Shown here: in pieces, positions 37,399-45,732 of the stretch
How the letters are laid out: every line of letters begins with the position of its first letter
How positions within the stretch are numbered: the stretch's first letter is position 1
Source: Planctomycetota bacterium
Lineage (GTDB): Bacteria; Planctomycetota; UBA11346
Length of the DNA: 64,000 bases
NCBI GenBank assembly: GCA_038213805.1
Contig: JBBQSO010000008.1
Location: forward strand, 36,597-100,596
Direction of reading: 5' to 3'
Made by a program: the position numbers and the translations under genes
The notes under the pieces: generated by a model
What the model was told of the DNA's origin: nothing
The model's database searches: none
The model's input: only the letters and a program-made list of their open reading frames with translations

Positions 37399-38490
37399 AT
37401 GATCAAGAAGCCCCTCAAGATCGGTATCATCGGCGCCGGCGGCATCATGCGCGGAGTGCACATGCCGGGCTGGAAGGCGGCCGAGGACTGCGAGGTGGTG
37501 GCGGTATGCGACACCAACCGCGAGGTCATGGAGCGCTTCGCCGCGGACTTCGGCATCAAACAGACCTGCACGGACTTCACCGAGCTCGTCCAGCTGCCCG
37601 AGCTGGACATCATCGACATCGCCACGCCCAACCGCTTCCACACCCCGGCGGTGCTCGCCGCGCTCGAGGCCGGCAAGCACGTGCTGTGCGAGAAGCCGCT
37701 CGCGGTCACCACCGCCGAGGTGCGCGAGATGGGCGAGGCCGCGCGGAAGGCCGGCCGGCTGCTGATGACCGCGCAGCACCACCGCTACGGCGCGCCGGCC
37801 GTGGCGCTCAAGCGCTGGGTCGACTCCGGCGCGCTCGGCGAGGTCTACTACGCGCGCGTCCACGCCACGCGCCGCAACTGGCTGCCGACCCCGCCGACCT
37901 TCATCGCCGAAGAGCTGGCCGGCGGTGGCCCGTGCATGGACATCGGCGTGCACGCGCTCGACACCGCGCTGTGGCTGATGGGCTTCCCCAATCCCGTGCG
38001 CGTCACCGGCACGTGCCTGACCAACTTCGCCAAGGGCGACACCATCCCAGGCGCGTGGGGCGAGTGGGACCGCAAGAAATTCACCGTCGAGGACTTCGCC
38101 TCGGGTTTCGTGCACTTCAGCAACGGCGCGACCATGGTCATCGAGTGCTCGTGGCTGCAGCACCAGCACGAGGACGAGGACTTCAGCGCCCGCCTGTTCG
38201 GCAAGAAAGCCAGCGTGCAGTGGCCCGCCGGCGACTTCAGCTCCACCATCAACCGCACCCTCTTGGACGGCACTATCAAGCCGGTCGGCGGCCTGCGCCC
38301 GCCGCACAGCGAGGAGATCGCCGCCTTCGCCGACGCGGTGCGGCACAACAAGCCCTCGCCCATTCCGGTCGCGGAGACGCTGAAGGTCATCGCCATCCTG
38401 GAAGGCATCTACGAGAGCGCCCGCACCGGGCGCGAGGTGCTGCTGCGCGGGGATGATCTGCAGGTGCCGGTGAAGAAGACGAAGAAGTGA
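37399..38490 (+). CDS. Gfo/Idh/MocA family oxidoreductase
   Basis: IGIIGAGGI, ATPN..H, GKHVLCEKP, GGG..MDIGVH..D. Confidence 0.92.
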   Translation: MIKKPLKIGIIGAGGIMRGVHMPGWKAAEDCEVVAVCDTNREVMERFAADFGIKQTCTDFTELVQLPELDIIDIATPNRFHTPAVLAALEAGKHVLCEKPLAVTTAEVREMGEAARKAGRLLMTAQHHRYGAPAVALKRWVDSGALGEVYYARVHATRRNWLPTPPTFIAEELAGGGPCMDIGVHALDTALWLMGFPNPVRVTGTCLTNFAKGDTIPGAWGEWDRKKFTVEDFASGFVHFSNGATMVIECSWLQHQHEDEDFSARLFGKKASVQWPAGDFSSTINRTLLDGTIKPVGGLRPPHSEEIAAFADAVRHNKPSPIPVAETLKVIAILEGIYESARTGREVLLRGDDLQVPVKKTKK

Positions 38491-38496
38491 ATCGGG

Positions 38497-38667
38497 GCTG
38501 ATGGCTGATGGCTGGCGGCTGGCCGCGGACAGCCTGCGGCAACCAGCTCGCAAAAAATGCAGTCGTGCGGGCTCGTGAAAATTAACGGAAACCCGGCGCT
38601 TCGCGCCAGGTTGTCAGCCATCAGCCATCAGCCATCAGCCATCAGCGATCAGCGATCAGCGATCAGC
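38497..38667. repeat. Palindromic element: (GCTGATG)-type arm, spacer, (C/GATCAGC)x8 arm
   Basis: Arms 38497-38524 and 38612-38667, between convergent genes. Confidence 0.88.
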
Positions 38668-39433
38668 GCGTCCGCTCGTACACCACCATCACCCGCTCCG
38701 GGTCCCCTTCCTCCAGCACCACCTTCTTTTCGACGACGAAGCGGTAGCCCAGCTTGTTGGCCGTGTTCATGGCCGTCTCGCGCTCGGGCCCCGCGAAGCC
38801 GGGCCCCTTGTAGATCACGACGTGACCACTCTTCTGCAGCAGATCGGCGGCCTCGGTGAGAACCTCCGAAGCCTGGCCCATGGCGCGGCAGGTGACGAGC
38901 TGGCAGTTGCGCTGCAGGTCGGAGGCACGCGCCGAGACTTCGCTGCCGCGCAGGTGGCGTGCGCTGACACGTGGCGCGCCGAAGCCGGCAAGCAGCGCGG
39001 CCGCGGCCTCCAGGAAATCGACCTTCTTGCGCCGCGTGTCGACCAGCACCCACGGCACGGTGGGATGCCACAGGGCGAGCGGCAATCCAGGATATCCGCC
39101 GCCAGCGCCGAGATCGACGCACGGCGCGCCTTCTGACAGGTGGCGCAGCCGGGTGTCCGGCTCCAGCACCAGGCTGTCGAGCAGGTGCTGCTTGAGGAAA
39201 TCGCGCGGCGCCGTGATGGTGGTCAGATTGAGCCAGCGGTTGACCCCGACGAGGTGCCCGTAAAGCGCCTGCAGCGCCGCCCGCCGCGGCCCTGCCCCGC
39301 TGATCGCCAGCGCATTGCAGCGCGCCGTGAACCACGCCCAGTCCGCATCTGGAAAGGCCACCGGCGGATGCAGGGCGGGATCGACGCTGCCCATCGCAGG
39401 ATCGTCGGCAGGCTGTTCAGCGCGCTTGGGCAT
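38663..39433 (-). CDS. rsmG: 16S rRNA m7G527 methyltransferase
   Basis: N..LNLT.I, HLLDSL, DLGAGGGYPGLPL, D...KKV.FL, VTCRA, YKG. Confidence 0.9.
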   Translation of the reverse strand: MPKRAEQPADDPAMGSVDPALHPPVAFPDADWAWFTARCNALAISGAGPRRAALQALYGHLVGVNRWLNLTTITAPRDFLKQHLLDSLVLEPDTRLRHLSEGAPCVDLGAGGGYPGLPLALWHPTVPWVLVDTRRKKVDFLEAAAALLAGFGAPRVSARHLRGSEVSARASDLQRNCQLVTCRAMGQASEVLTEAADLLQKSGHVVIYKGPGFAGPERETAMNTANKLGYRFVVEKKVVLEEGDPERVMVVYERTR

Positions 39434-39633
39434 GGTCTCGTTTCACCGGTCTGCCCGACCAAACCAGCCGGGCCCGCGCAATGTGGGAGCCCGACCCCCC
39501 ACGCAAACCGCATTTCCCGTTCCCAGCTTCCAGACGCGAGTCTCGGGTCTCGGGTCTCGCGCCTAGCGGCTGGCACCTTCCCCACTCCCCCGTCCCCCTT
39601 GCCCCGCCCCCAGCCCCGCCATCATCCCCTCTC

Positions 39634-40809
39634 GTGGACTACCTCGTCATCGCCCGCAAGTACCGCCCGCAGACCTTCAGCGAGGTCACCGGGCAGGACA
39701 TGGTGGCGCGCACGCTGAGCAACGCGATCACCTCCAACCGCGTCGCCCACGCCTACCTGTTCACCGGCCCGCGCGGCGTCGGCAAGACCAGCATGGCGCG
39801 CATCCTGGCCAAGGCGCTGTGCTGCGACAACGGCCCGACCACCACCCCCTGCGGGGTGTGCGCCAACTGCCGGATGATCACCGACAGCACCCACCCCGAC
39901 GTCGCCGAGATCGACGCGGCGCGCTTCAACGGCGTTGACGCCATCCGCGAGCTCTCCGACGGTGCGAGCTTCTCGCCGTCGCAGGCGCGTTTCCGCATCT
40001 ACCTGCTGGACGAGGTGCACATGCTCTCGACGGCGGCGTGGAATGCGCTGCTCAAGCTGCTCGAAGAGCCGCCCGCGCACGTGCGCTTCATCTTTGCCAC
40101 CACCGAGGTGGAGAAGGTCCTGCCGACCGTGCTGTCGCGCTGCCAGCGCTTCGACTTCCGCTCCATCGACCTCGACAACATCGTCAAGCGCCTGCGCGAG
40201 ATCTGCGCCGCCGAGAAGGCCGAGCTCAGCGACGCGGTGCTGTTCCGCATCGCGCGCGCGGCCGGCGGCGGCATGCGCGACGCGCAGACCCTGCTCGACC
40301 AGTTGATCGCCGCCAGCGACGGGCCGGTGCGCGAGGAGGACCTCAACCTGCTGCTCGGCGCGGCGCGCGGCGAGGATCTCGAACTGGTCGTCGAGCGCCT
40401 GCTGGCCGGCGACGCCAAGGGCGCGCTCGAGGCGCTCGACCGCATCAGCGCCGGCGGCGTGGCCGGAGCCACCTTCCTTGGCCAGCTCGTCGATCACGTG
40501 CGCACCATGCTGCTGGTCCAGGCCTGCGGGCCAGACTCGCCCGCGGTGCGCCGCCTGGGCAACGCCGGACCGGGGCTGCTCGCGCACGCCAAGACGGCCG
40601 CGCCTGAGAAGACCCTACGCATCTGCCAGGTGCTGATCGGCAGCCAGCAGGCGATGCGCCACGGCGTCGACCCGCGCCTGCAGCTCGAACTCGCCTGCGT
40701 GCGCATCGCCGGGCTTGGGCAGATGGTCGACGCCGACGCGTTGCTGCGCCGCCTTGAGCGTCTGGAATCCAGCGGCCTCGCCGGGGTGGGTGCCGCAAAC
40801 CCCAGGTAG
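39634..40809 (+). CDS. dnaX: DNA polymerase III gamma/tau, 0-frame part (gamma-like, 391 aa)
   Basis: ARKYRPQTF, GPRGVGKTS, CGVCANC, DEVHML, LSRCQRF, GGMRDA; GTG start. Confidence 0.95.
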   Translation: MDYLVIARKYRPQTFSEVTGQDMVARTLSNAITSNRVAHAYLFTGPRGVGKTSMARILAKALCCDNGPTTTPCGVCANCRMITDSTHPDVAEIDAARFNGVDAIRELSDGASFSPSQARFRIYLLDEVHMLSTAAWNALLKLLEEPPAHVRFIFATTEVEKVLPTVLSRCQRFDFRSIDLDNIVKRLREICAAEKAELSDAVLFRIARAAGGGMRDAQTLLDQLIAASDGPVREEDLNLLLGAARGEDLELVVERLLAGDAKGALEALDRISAGGVAGATFLGQLVDHVRTMLLVQACGPDSPAVRRLGNAGPGLLAHAKTAAPEKTLRICQVLIGSQQAMRHGVDPRLQLELACVRIAGLGQMVDADALLRRLERLESSGLAGVGAANPR

Positions 40810-40842
40810 GGCCGGAGCGGGCGGCCAGCCCGCTGCCGGCCC
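40783..40842 (+). other. Putative programmed -1 ribosomal frameshift cassette in dnaX
   Basis: GGGGTG 40783-40788; heptamer A_AAC_CCC 40797-40803; 5-nt spacer; hairpin 40809-40842. Confidence 0.7.
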
Positions 40843-41453
40843 GGGGAGGCGAACGTGGCGTGCTCTCGGCCAATCCGCGGCCGCCGAACGACGGGCTCTT
40901 GCCGGCCGCGCCGCTGTCGCGTCCCGCGCCCGCACCGACGGCCGCGGGGGCCCCCGTCGACGAACCGCGCAGCCCCGCCCGCGCCGCCCCACCCCCAGAC
41001 GCTTCACCCCAGGCCCTGCTGCCCCTGTTGCAGGCGCGCTGGGGCGAACTGCCGCGCATCGCCATGCGCGACCAGCAGGTCGAGCTCGCCACCGCCCTCG
41101 CCACCAGCAATCCGGTGGCGCTGGCGGTCGACCTGCTCACCGTCGAATTCGCGGGCGCCTTCAGCGAGCGCTTCAACTCCGCTCCCGAGCTGCAGCGCAT
41201 CCTCGAGGCCCTCGTCGAGCTGCTTGCGGGGCGGCGTCTGCGCGTGGTGGCGCGGCGTCCGGGCGGCAGCGGCGCGGACGAGCGCGGCCGACGTTACCAG
41301 GCGGCCCAGGCCAACCCGCTGGTGAAGGCCCTGCTCGGCCGCTTCGGCGCCGACATCGTCGCGCGCGAGATGATCGCGCGCGACGACTGGCTGCAGCGTC
41401 TCAATGCGCCGCCCATCCGTCCGGACGATTCCGCGACCACTGCCCCGGAGTAA
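40803..41453 (+). CDS. dnaX: DnaX tau C-terminal part in the -1 frame (Pro/Ala linker + tau C-terminal domain)
   Basis: Frame open 40758-41453; W..L..LATAL...L.VEF and A.ANPLVK.LL.RFGA.IV patterns typical of tau C-termini. Confidence 0.75.
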   Translation, partial: QVGPERAASPLPARGGERGVLSANPRPPNDGLLPAAPLSRPAPAPTAAGAPVDEPRSPARAAPPPDASPQALLPLLQARWGELPRIAMRDQQVELATALATSNPVALAVDLLTVEFAGAFSERFNSAPELQRILEALVELLAGRRLRVVARRPGGSGADERGRRYQAAQANPLVKALLGRFGADIVAREMIARDDWLQRLNAPPIRPDDSATTAPE

Positions 41454-41627
41454 GCGCATAAGCCCGCAGTGGGGGTCGCGATGCCCGTGCTGGTCATGCC
41501 CATGCTGGTCCTGCCCCGTTCAGGCCTGGTGCCCTATCCATTGATAGGGTATGTACTTGCCCAACTGTCGCAGAACTCCCATGGCTCCGTTAACCCGCTG
41601 ATCTAGGCTGCGACGACCCGAGCGCGC

Positions 41628-44450
41628 ATGAACATCGACCCGATCAGCGTCGCCAACGTGCACGCCCCGCCTGCGGCACGGGACGAGGCCGGGGACATGC
41701 CGGCCAGCAGCGGCCGCCAGCCCGTCCAGATCGGCCCTTACCGCATCGAGCGGGTCATCGGCCGCGGCGGCATGGGCACCGTCTACAAGGCCCTGGTGGT
41801 GGTGTCCTGCGAGGTGCCGATCGGCTCGCACGTGGCGCTCAAGCTGCTGCGCGAGACCGAACCCCAGGAACGCCGCCGCTTCGCGCGCGAAGCTGGGTAC
41901 CTGCAGGCACTGCGCCACCCCAACATCGTGCGCGTGCTCGACGCCGGTGAGTACGAGGGCCAGCCCTATCTGGTCATGCAGCTGATCGAAGGGCACCACG
42001 CCGACGACCTCGTCATCGAGGGCCGGGCAGTCGACCAGCAGCGCGTCGCCGACCTCGCCATCCAGGCGCTCGACGCGCTGCAGGTCGCGCACCACGCCGG
42101 CATCCTGCACCGCGACATCAAGCCCGGCAACATCATGATCACGCCGGCCGGACAGGTGAAGCTGGTCGACTTCGGTCTCGCCCAGTACATCGACGCCGAG
42201 TCGCACCTCACCGCCACCGGTGCGGTCGTCGGCACGCCCGCCTACATGAGCCCGGAGCAGGCGAGCGGCCGGCGCGACGAGATCAGCCGGCGCTGCGACA
42301 TCTACAGCATGGGCGCCTGCCTCTACGAACTGCTCACCGGCGAGCAGCCGTTCACCGCCGACAACTCGGTGGCGCTGCTGCGGCGCATCATCGAGGAACC
42401 GCTGGTGCCGCCCAGCCGGCTGCGCCGCGACCTGCACCGGGACCTTGAGACCATCGTGCTCAAGGCCATGTCCAAGGACCCGCGCGACCGCTACGCCAGC
42501 GCTGCCGAGATGGCCGCCGACCTGCGCCGCTTCCAGGTCGGCGTGCGCGTGCGCACCAAACGGCCCGGCCCGCTGCGCCCGCTGCTGCGCACCTTGTGGA
42601 ACCAGCGCGCAACCCTGGCGGCGATGGGCCTGGTGCTGTTTGTCGCCGCCGCCGCCGCGGTGCTGGCCGTCAACCGCGGACTGCGCCGCGCCGAGATCCA
42701 CGACCCGGGCACCACGCCGAGCATCCTCACCGCCGGCCAGCCGGTCGAGGTCGAACCACCGCCGCCCGCCGACCCGTGGTTGGTCGAGTGGGCGCAGGTG
42801 CCGGCCCTCGACGCCAAGGGCAGCCGCGTGCAGCTCAAGCCGCTGCCGACCTTCGGCAAGGACGTGATGAGCACGGTGGGCATGCCCGCGGTGTCGGGCC
42901 CGGTGCGCCTGAGCGCGACCATCAACATCCTCGCCGCCGAGTGCCAGGTGAACCTGCTGATCTGCGATAGCGATATCGGCAACGGCTACCGTCTGCGCCT
43001 GGTCGGCGCCAAGGCCAACGACCGCCTTGAGCTGATGCGCGAGAACAAGGTGGTGGCGTTCCGCGACCTCGGCCAGCTGGTGCGTGGCAACCGCCCGCAG
43101 CGCCTGCGCATCGAGCGCGTCGACGACACCGTGACGGTGGCCCTCGGCACGCGCGAGCCGATCGTCTTCCCCGACCTCATCCCGATCGAAAGCATGGAGG
43201 CCGACGGCGTCTACATCGCCTACGACCCCAGCCAGGTAAAGGTCAGCGACGTGCTGCTGCAACGCCAACGTGGCGGCCTCACCATCAGCGCGCTGACCCA
43301 GGCCGACAGTTTCCGCCAGACGCGGCGCTACTACCGCGCCAAGGAGCTCTACGAGAATTTCCTGCGCGACCACCCCGACTCCAAGCAGGTGCGCGACGCC
43401 GACCTGCGCATCGCGCTGTGCCTCGAGGGCCTGAAGGACGACGAGCAGGCGCTGGCCAAGTTCGTCGCCGTGGCCAGCGCCAATCGCGACGATCCGCGCT
43501 ACGTGCTGACCGCGACCTTCCACGCCTGGGGCTGCGCGCTGCGCCTCAAGCTGTTCAAGGACGCCGAGGAGTACTTTGAGGCCATCCGCCGCAAGTACGA
43601 CATCCCGACACTGCTCGCAACGGTCAACGAGAAGGTGGTGCGCGAGCTGGTGAAGGACTACCTGGAGCGCGCCGCCACGCTCAGCGACAGCGAGCCCGAC
43701 CGCGCCATCCGCCTCTACGCGACCGGCGCGGATTTCGCCACCTACCTGCTGCAGCAGCCGGACATCGCAAACGACCCGCGCATCGTCGAGACCATCGCCA
43801 AGGCGCACGTCGGCGCCGGCGACCTGCTGCGTACGAACGGCCGCGCCGGCGAGGCCCTCGACCACTACCAGATCGCCGCCGCGCAGAAGGATCTGCCCAC
43901 GCCGCTGCGCCTGACCACGCTGATGCGCCTCGCGGAAGTCCACCGGCTGCTCGACAACCTCGATGCCGCCGAGGTCGCCTATCAAATGGTGGTAGCGACC
44001 ACGCCAGACGTCGACGACGCCCAGCTATGGGCGAGACTGTGGCTCGGCGACCTTGTCGCTTTGCGCGGCAACCGCCCGCGCGCCTTCGAAACCTGGGCCA
44101 AGGCCGGCACCAGCGACCACCTGCCGGCGCGCATCATGCGCCAGCTGGTGGTCGGCTATGAGCCGCTGCCACTGGAGGCTCCGCACGACCACGATGTCGA
44201 CATCCTCTACTTCAACGCGCGCCTGGCCTGGCTGCGCGGCCGTGAGGCCGACTACGCGGAACGCCTACAGGGCGTGATGGACCTGGGTACACCCAACGTC
44301 TGGCCCCGGCCACTGGCCAAGCAGCTGCTCGCCGGGCTGACCGTGCCGGTGCCGGCGCCGGACCCGGTACCGCCGAGCGACGACCCGGCCGGTGCGTCGA
44401 CGGCGCCGATCGGGGCGCCGTCGCCCCTGGGTTCCTCCCAGGTACCCTGA
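41628..44450 (+). CDS. Hanks-type Ser/Thr protein kinase with TM segment and TPR-like C-terminus
   Basis: IGRGGMGTVY, VALK, HRDIKPGN, DFGLA, GTPAYMSPEQ. Confidence 0.92.
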   Translation: MNIDPISVANVHAPPAARDEAGDMPASSGRQPVQIGPYRIERVIGRGGMGTVYKALVVVSCEVPIGSHVALKLLRETEPQERRRFAREAGYLQALRHPNIVRVLDAGEYEGQPYLVMQLIEGHHADDLVIEGRAVDQQRVADLAIQALDALQVAHHAGILHRDIKPGNIMITPAGQVKLVDFGLAQYIDAESHLTATGAVVGTPAYMSPEQASGRRDEISRRCDIYSMGACLYELLTGEQPFTADNSVALLRRIIEEPLVPPSRLRRDLHRDLETIVLKAMSKDPRDRYASAAEMAADLRRFQVGVRVRTKRPGPLRPLLRTLWNQRATLAAMGLVLFVAAAAAVLAVNRGLRRAEIHDPGTTPSILTAGQPVEVEPPPPADPWLVEWAQVPALDAKGSRVQLKPLPTFGKDVMSTVGMPAVSGPVRLSATINILAAECQVNLLICDSDIGNGYRLRLVGAKANDRLELMRENKVVAFRDLGQLVRGNRPQRLRIERVDDTVTVALGTREPIVFPDLIPIESMEADGVYIAYDPSQVKVSDVLLQRQRGGLTISALTQADSFRQTRRYYRAKELYENFLRDHPDSKQVRDADLRIALCLEGLKDDEQALAKFVAVASANRDDPRYVLTATFHAWGCALRLKLFKDAEEYFEAIRRKYDIPTLLATVNEKVVRELVKDYLERAATLSDSEPDRAIRLYATGADFATYLLQQPDIANDPRIVETIAKAHVGAGDLLRTNGRAGEALDHYQIAAAQKDLPTPLRLTTLMRLAEVHRLLDNLDAAEVAYQMVVATTPDVDDAQLWARLWLGDLVALRGNRPRAFETWAKAGTSDHLPARIMRQLVVGYEPLPLEAPHDHDVDILYFNARLAWLRGREADYAERLQGVMDLGTPNVWPRPLAKQLLAGLTVPVPAPDPVPPSDDPAGASTAPIGAPSPLGSSQVP

Positions 44451-44639
44451 CCCGATGTCAGCCGACGGCCGGTAAAGGAAGAAACACGGAGGCGCGCCTC
44501 CTGTTTCAGCCGCTCCCTGCCCAATCACGACGTGGTGCGCCGACGGCTGACGGCAACCAACGGAAAACCGCGTCGCGCCGCACGCGCAGGTGCGGATCGA
44601 CGCGGCCCAGGGGACATCGCCTGGGGATGACGGCCGGAA

Positions 44640-44810
44640 TCAGGCCTCCTCTTCCTCTTCCTCCTCCTCGTCGTCTTCGAGATCCTCGTCCATGTCCTCG
44701 TTCTCTTCATTGACGATGTCGACGAACTCGTCGAGGGCATCCTTGATGGCCTCGTTGACCTTGAAGCCCTCGTTCTTCACGAGTTTGATGATGTCTTCCT
44801 GCAAGCCCAT
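44640..44810 (-). CDS. 56-aa highly acidic small protein
   Basis: AAGGAG RBS 7 nt before ATG; GC3-rich codon usage; MGLQEDIIKLVKNEGFKVNEAIKDALDEFVDIV + D/E tail. Confidence 0.75.
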   Translation of the reverse strand: MGLQEDIIKLVKNEGFKVNEAIKDALDEFVDIVNEENEDMDEDLEDDEEEEEEEEA

Positions 44811-45030
44811 GGGCCAGCTCCTTCTCTTTGAGGCGGACGTGAATGGCGGTGCGTGTCGGTGTGGCGGTTTCCTAACAGCCCTATTCCGGAACGCCAGCAC
44901 GCACTTGGCGAGCGGCGAAATCAGCCCGGTGTCGCAGCGGGCCGCACTGCCGTCCGCACGACCTTTGCGGGCCACATGGTGGCGCGGCACGGTGCTTGGC
45001 CGCGCGGCGGACGGGCCTACACCTCAGGCC

Positions 45031-45573
45031 ATGTCCAGCCCCCGTCCGCCCGCGCGCATCGGCATCCTGACCATCTCCGACCGCGCCAGCGCCGGGGTTT
45101 ATGAGGACCTTGGCGGCCCGGCCATCCGCATCACCATGAACGCCTACCTGAGTTCGCCGTGGATCGAGGTCTACCGCTGCATCCCCGACGATCTCGCCGG
45201 CATCACCGCCGCGCTGATCGCCTTGTGCGACGACGAGCGCTGCGACCTGGTGGTCACCACCGGTGGCACGGGCCCGGCGCCGCGCGACGTCACCCCGGAG
45301 GCCACCGCCGCCGCCTGCCCCAAGCTGCTGCCCGGCTTCGGCGAGCTGATGCGCGCCACCTCGCTGCGCTTCGTCGCCACCGCCATCCTCTCGCGCCAGA
45401 CCGCCGGCATCCGCGGGCGGAGCCTGGTGATCAACCTGCCTGGCAAGCCGAAGAGCATCCGCGAATGCCTCGACGCGGTCTTTCCCGCGGTGCCATACTG
45501 CCTTGATCTGATCGGAGCGGCCTATCTGGAGACCGACCCGACCGTCATCACGGCATTCCGGCCCAAGAGCTGA
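45031..45573 (+). CDS. mog: Molybdopterin adenylyltransferase
   Basis: TISDRAS.G.YED, TTGGTGPAPRDVTPEAT, PGFGE, AILSRQ, NLPGKPKSI. Confidence 0.93.
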   Translation: MSSPRPPARIGILTISDRASAGVYEDLGGPAIRITMNAYLSSPWIEVYRCIPDDLAGITAALIALCDDERCDLVVTTGGTGPAPRDVTPEATAAACPKLLPGFGELMRATSLRFVATAILSRQTAGIRGRSLVINLPGKPKSIRECLDAVFPAVPYCLDLIGAAYLETDPTVITAFRPKS

Positions 45574-45595
45574 TGCGGGGATCCTGGGATCTCTG

Positions 45596-45715
45596 CCGCC
45601 AAAGTGCCAAGGGCAAGCCAGGGGAGTTGGAGAGCATCCCCGCATCCTCCGTGCAGAGTCAGGGGCATGAGTGCTGCTGGATTCCATGGCGGTAGTTGGC
45701 GTGCTTGGCCGTTGC
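45596..45715. repeat. Degenerate CGCCAAG-type palindromic element between convergent genes
   Basis: gccgccaaagtgccaagggcaagccagg ... ttggcgtgcttggccg. Confidence 0.4.
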
Positions 45716-45732
45716 AACCCTCTGCCGCTGCT

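Noticed and set aside
3711..39433. RNA-modification and RNase genes (miaB, truD, rsmD, tgt, rnz, rsmG, rnhA) as a dedicated system
   Set aside because: They are dispersed, on mixed strands and interleaved with unrelated housekeeping genes; consistent with ordinary core genome.
40860..41453. Independent 197-aa hypothetical gene
   Set aside because: Better explained as the tau C-terminus reached by frameshift. Not fully excluded, since a GGAGG lies 11 nt upstream of GTG 40860.
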